Source: Utricularia gibba (taxonomy: Eukaryota; Plantae; Magnoliophyta). From it: a stretch of DNA of 64,000 nt. The stretch is taken from the NCBI GenBank assembly GCA_002189035.1, contig NEEC01000012.1:1984001-2048000 (forward strand), given 5' to 3'. The position numbers and the translations under genes were made by a program. Below are positions 58,683 to 64,000 of the stretch, one piece after another; the stretch's first letter is position 1; each line of letters starts with the position of its first letter. The notes beneath the pieces were generated by a model. That model was not told where the DNA came from. It ran no database searches and saw only the letters and a list, made by a program, of their open reading frames with translations.

Positions 58683-61600
58683 ATGCTGACGCTGCCTCGG
58701 CTATTAGTTTACTCATCGCCCTTCTCCTCCAACCCCTCGCTATTCAGCCTTTCCCACGTTAACCCAAAACTCTTTCGTCGATTAAGGTTCCTAAACGTCG
58801 CAGCTATGGCCGAGGAATTCGTCAAGGGAAATGTGCACCCTAATGGCGTCGCTATCATCACTCTCGATCGCCCTAAAGCCCTCAATGCTATGAATTTAGG
58901 TTGCTTTCGCCTATTTCCTTTCATTTCTCGTTGTTTTTGAAGTGGGTTTGGGGCGGCGTTTCCTTGATTGATTATTCAAGAGCTTGATGGGTTTTTTTGT
59001 TGTTTGTTGCAGAGATGGATTTGAAATACAAGGGATATCTTGATGAGTGGGAAGAGGATCCTAAGGTGAAATGTGTCTTGGTAGAAGGCAGTACGCCGCG
59101 TGCATTTTCTGCAGGTTGATATTTTAAGTCTTCTTTAGTTGGTTAATTTGATTATATAGTAACACATCTTTTGCAGTGACATTCATAAAAACTAATACCC
59201 ATCTATGTGCTTATCTTGATGTATAGCAGCACGCTTCGTTTTGGTGTTTTGTTTCTAGAACTAAAATTTCAGTATTTTGGTCTGGGTTTTGTTTGATTTT
59301 GGTTGAAACTGCAGTGCTCCATTGACACTGTCTTAAAGGGTGCTGAGGCCAAATATTATACATCATTTATGCAGGAATGGATATTAAAGGTGTTGTTGCA
59401 GAAATTCAAAGAGACAAATTTACTCCTCTTGTAACAAAGGTTTTCTTTTTGTACAAAACATATTTTTCATTGCTTGATTGACTCTGGCATTGTGTCTTGT
59501 AGTTGTTGGGAAAAAAATCGACTTGACTATGTTTTTGGATTTTAATTTGAAGCTACTTAAATTCATAAAGATGGTGTTGTGCAGAAACATTTTCCCAGGA
59601 TCTAGATTATCAGACTGCTAAGGTGTTTAGTTGTAAAATTCTGTGCAGGTGGTGATGTGAAGCAGATTACCAAAAGTAGTCAACTATCAGACATGATTAA
59701 GGTTTTGTAGTGTAGCAAACTAGCTTATATGTAGAGGTTTGTAGGGTGTTCAGCTGGTATGTGGAAAAAATCATAACCTAATTTCTTGAGTCTCTGCCTC
59801 TGGTTCAATGCTCTTTCAACTCCCTGACAAGCAGCTAAAAGTAAATTAGTGGCGCCTTCCTTCTTACCTTCTGCAACCAAAATCTGCATTGATTTAGTGT
59901 CTCTATTCGGCTATTAGGATCTTTGGATTCCTTAAAGCTAGGAGGTGTGCATGTGGGTAGTGTAATGTTCAGATAAAACCACACATAATGCTCTTCCTTA
60001 AACTGTTCATCTTACTGCCAAGTTTTTTTTGAAGCTGCTTTCTCTTACTTGTTGTTTTTGTAATTTCATTGACAGTAAAGGAGTTGGGTTGGCAAAATTA
60101 TCCATACATGTATTCATTGTGAATGCTATATACAGAAAGTTGCATCTATGTCTATGCACATGCTCCTTACTGAAAATTCATCCATGGAGCATTTCTTATT
60201 GTTCTTTGCAATTCCAGGTATTTTCTGCAGAGTATTCTCTGATATGCAAAATATCTGAGTACAAAAAGCCTTACATCTCCTTCATGGATGGTATAACGAT
60301 GGGTTTTGGCATTGGTCTATCTGGTCATGGCCGCTACAGGGTCATAACAGAGGTACCTTCCTTGGATACTTTCTCTCATCAATGACTAGAAAAATATTTT
60401 ATCTGATACGTGATTACATCCAGAAAACAGTTCTTGCTATGCCAGAAAATGGCATAGGCTTGTTTCCAGATGTTGGTTTTGCACATATTGCAGCCAAAAG
60501 TCCTGGAGAAGGAGCAGTGGGTTAGTGACTGTGCATATAGTTCATCTTTCATTACTATAGGTTGTTGTCATTTAGCTCACTGATGATAGCAACGGATTGA
60601 TCCTAACAACCAGAGAAGACTTGAGAATTCCACATATCAGATTTGTTTCCTCTCTTCTTGATCCATTAGGGGCCTATCTTGGATTAACCGGGAATAGAGT
60701 ATCTACTCCAGCTGATGCTCTATATGCTGGTTTGGGATCACACTATGTACCTTCTGCGAGTCTAGCCATGCTAAGGGAAGACCTCCTGGCGACAACCTTG
60801 TAGGCTTCCTCTTCCTACATTTAACACTTGTTATGCTGTAATTTGAACACCCTTGTTCCTAGTGCTTGTAGAACCTTTGCTTCTCAGCATCATCTCTAAA
60901 AAAGTACTTTTGCAATCTGCAAAATTGGTTGTTCAGTCTTCATTCTATACTTGAAAAAAGCTATTCAGTTCACTTCACCTGCAGTTGTTGCTAATTTATC
61001 CAGCTTGTCCTTGTGTTTGATGCAGCTCTGAAGATCCAGATCACAATATCAGATTACTATTAGAAAGATACAGCAAGAATCCGGAGTCTGAGCCTCGGCT
61101 TAAACTGCTATTACCGCGAATAATTTCGACATTCGGAGGTAGCAGATCGATTCAGGAGGTGATCAAGGAGCTAGAAGATCATCAGCAAAGCGGTGATACA
61201 TTAGGTTCGCATCAACATCTTGTTGTCTCTTACCCCGGAAATCAAATATTCAACATTTCTGAATACCATCATCCTTGTATGCAGTGGCTGAATGGGCAAA
61301 AGATGCTCTGCAAGAACTCAAGAAAGGAGCGCCCTTATCTCTTTGCCTCACCCAGAAGCATTTCTCAAAAGTTGCATCTGCCCAAGGCAATGGTGGCAAT
61401 GAACTATCTGAGGTGAGCAGTGCCTGAAATTTGCATAAACACAGTGTTATCCATCTGCCTCTTCTATCATCATGCGTCCACCTTTTTTCACTTGAGTCTG
61501 TTTATACCAGCTACGTGGTGTGATGAAGGCAGAGTATCGCATCGCTTTGCGATCGTCTCTCCGAGACGATTTTGCAGAAGGTGTTCGAGCCGTCTTGGTC

Positions 61601-61915
61601 GACAAAGATCAGGTCAATTGTCTGGTATTACCGTCCTTGAACCTGTGCATGTGTGCTCGTGCATCTGTCTTTTAGCAACCAGTTTCTGTTCGGAATCCCA
61701 CCATCGGCTCTCAGTTTTCAGCCACACCGTTTTGCTTTTCTGCTTGAGTGTGTTTGGTTCTTCCGATGAACCAAACGAACATGCACTGATTCTTGTCAGC
61801 TGGTGGTCTGCAGAACCCGAGGTGGAGTCCGTCGAGCTTGGAGGAGGTGACTAATGGCGAAATTGAAGCTCTGTTTGAACCATTGAGCCCCGACATTGGA
61901 GAATTGAAGGTTTGA
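58683..61915 (+). CDS. 3-hydroxyisobutyryl-CoA hydrolase-like protein 3, mitochondrial (crotonase superfamily), with alternative exons 3A/3B
   Basis: [89 protein letters not shown]; all introns GT-AG; stop at 61913-61915. Confidence 0.94.
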
Positions 61916-62192
61916 TCACGATGGCGTCCCGATGCTCTCCGTCCCTCCTTGATCGAACGGTATCACGATCCTCATCTTGTCTTGTTTCAATGAAAACTGG
62001 TAGCCTCTTTGTCGTGAATAAAAGGATGAGATCTCATGGCCGTCGTCCGAAGGCCGTGCTGCCTCCGAGAAATATCGACGATCCCAGGCGCACTCCGGCC
62101 TAGATCGATGGAGGCGCTCGGGGAAGACGACCCGCGACGCCGTGTCTGTTTTTGAAATTAGAAATTGGGGTATAAAAATTGAACGAGTGACG

Positions 62193-63732
62193 TTAGGATA
62201 CCAAAAGGAGAAAGACAATGCAACCTTCGGCGACGGCGAGCAGAATCCCGACGACTTTCCTCCTGAGAAGCAGGAGGGAGTGGTTGTCGGCGATCATCAC
62301 CGGAAAGACACATTTCTCATCGGAGGGATCCTCGTGGGTGATCCTCGCCAGGCCGGAGAAGTCGCAGTCCCATTCATTCTGACTCTTCATCTGATAGTAC
62401 ATGTTGAAAGCGTAGGAAGCATTCCCCTCGAGAGTCAGATGGTTGCACGATGATCCGAACCCTAGCGCTGTGCAGTCCGATTGGCTGCAGGCGAAATCGA
62501 TGTTCGCCGCAAGATCTCCGTCGACGTCCTCCGCTGCCGCCACCGTGGGTTTCAACACGCACCACCGTCGCACCATGTACTCCACGCCTTCCACCGCCAC
62601 GAGTGCTCCATTTCCGCCTAACAAATCCAGCTCGTACTTGGGTTTTCCGTCGAATTCGAAGATCCCCCAATGCCGTTCGAAGGATCCGGGTTCGATGCTC
62701 TTGGCGTTTTCGTCGAATAGGCTGAAGAGGTAGATTTCTAGTTCCCCCTTTCTTGCCGGCGTTCCTTGCGCCGCGGCTGCGTGGCGGATCAGCCCCTGGT
62801 TGAATCTCCTTGCGTTCTCGATATTCGCGTGCTCGTCGCCGTCGGTAGGCCACCCAACCTCCCCGACGATGATTTTCATATCCGGGAAGCCCGCCTTCGT
62901 CAGAGACCAAACCAGAGTGTCGAAATTCGCATCAAACACATTTGTGTATGTGCAACTTCCGTCTCTCAGGGGACGAGCTCCGCCATCGAAGAAAGCGAAG
63001 TCGACCGGAAAGTATGCATTCTGGTAGAGACTCAAGAACGGGTAGATATTAACGACGAAAGGGGCGTCGTTGGAATGGAGAAATTGGACAATCTGAACGG
63101 TTAAATCACGGATCTCCGGCCGGAAATCGCCGCCAGAAGGAACGGGATTCGATTCCGGCGAGTTGTAGATATCAGCGTTGAACGGAACGGTTGCTTTCAC
63201 CACCGATCCCAATCCTGCTCTGTTTAAAGCTCCTTGAATGTTCCTCAACGCCGGCAAAGTATGCTGTAGATAACTTCCGTTGTACGTTTTCAGAAACGGC
63301 TCATTCCCGACGGCGACGTACCTGAAAGAAACACCAAAATCCGATTCCGGTACCCACAAATTGAACGGTTTTCTTGATCGAAAAAACAACCACCCACCTG
63401 ATATCAACTCCCCCGGGATACGCATATGCGGTGACATTCGCGTCCACCCACTGCGCAGCGGCGCCGGCGTCGAGGCTCAGCTGACGCAGCATACAGTTAG
63501 GAACCGCCAACATAACTTCGATCCCACTCCCGGAAAGCGCTTCCAGAATCTTCCGATCAGCCTCGAAGAGCTTCACCCTCTTGAACCCGTTTTCTTTCAG
63601 CATATTCACCACGCTGTAAGGAGCTAAAGAGTGCTTAGCCATGGTACCCCAGTTGACGCCTATAGCGGCCGCGGCGGCCGGCGAATCCAGCGCCGCCGCG
63701 AAGAGCATCATCAGCAGCAGAAGCTCGTTCAT
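62193..63732 (-). CDS. Glucan endo-1,3-beta-glucosidase (GH17 + X8, probable GPI anchor), 2 exons
   Basis: Signal peptide, IGVNWG, intron 63397-63322, [30 protein letters not shown]8 domain ([29 protein letters not shown]), hydrophobic C-terminus. Confidence 0.96.
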
Positions 63733-64000
63733 CTGTCGACTGTGAAATTGCGAAATGACGGGGAATTCAACCGGCGGCATGCAAGGAAAGCATCCAGGTG
63801 GTGTCCCAGTCTCTAAAACCGACAACTTTTCGCCTTCTGAATCCATACTTCAGTTGTAAGTAGTTGCGCGTATCCGTTCCCGTGAAGGTTGCCAATTGTA
63901 GCACCCGCTCAGGAGCTTTTGGATTAACCGATAAACTACTGCCATTGTGTGGGGGGTGGTTTTGATTTTTAAAAAATAAAAATACATTATTAAATACGCA

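Noticed and set aside
13118-63846. Numerous antisense or alternate-frame ORFs in the supplied track (e.g. 25657-25992, 26253-26734, 31147-31557, 51883-52365, 62374-63104)
   Set aside because: They are shadows of real coding exons on the other strand or frame and show no independent motifs.

Overview
Gene-dense plant nuclear euchromatin (eudicot, probably an asterid; the taxon is inference) with short spliceosomal introns. Recognisable protein genes in order: purH/AICARFT-IMPCHase (+), MED15a (+), ETO1-like (+), XLG3-like (+), RINT1-like MAG2 (+), a small RING-less RHY1A-N-terminus-like gene (-), class II KNOX (-), DCL4 (+), a GT17 GlcNAc-transferase (+), FATB (+), HIBCH-like 3 (+) and a GH17/X8 beta-1,3-glucanase (-). 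A decayed PIF/Harbinger element lies between two copies of a ~1.3-1.4 kb duplication that includes part of the purH last exon. Best leads: (1) two apparently mutually exclusive exons that swap the AGxD active-site segment of the HIBCH-like enzyme; (2) a minus-strand non-coding locus downstream of DCL4 with H/ACA snoRNA folds, one with an 11-bp bipartite guide to 5.8S rRNA, followed by a 23-bp miRNA-like stem; (3) an upstream ATG encoding RKRRK that is one base out of frame with DCL4 and may be an NLS isoform. Ten single-base deletions in short base runs break seven genes and are most likely assembly errors. All assignments were made by eye and from recalled family motifs; no searches or folding programs were run.
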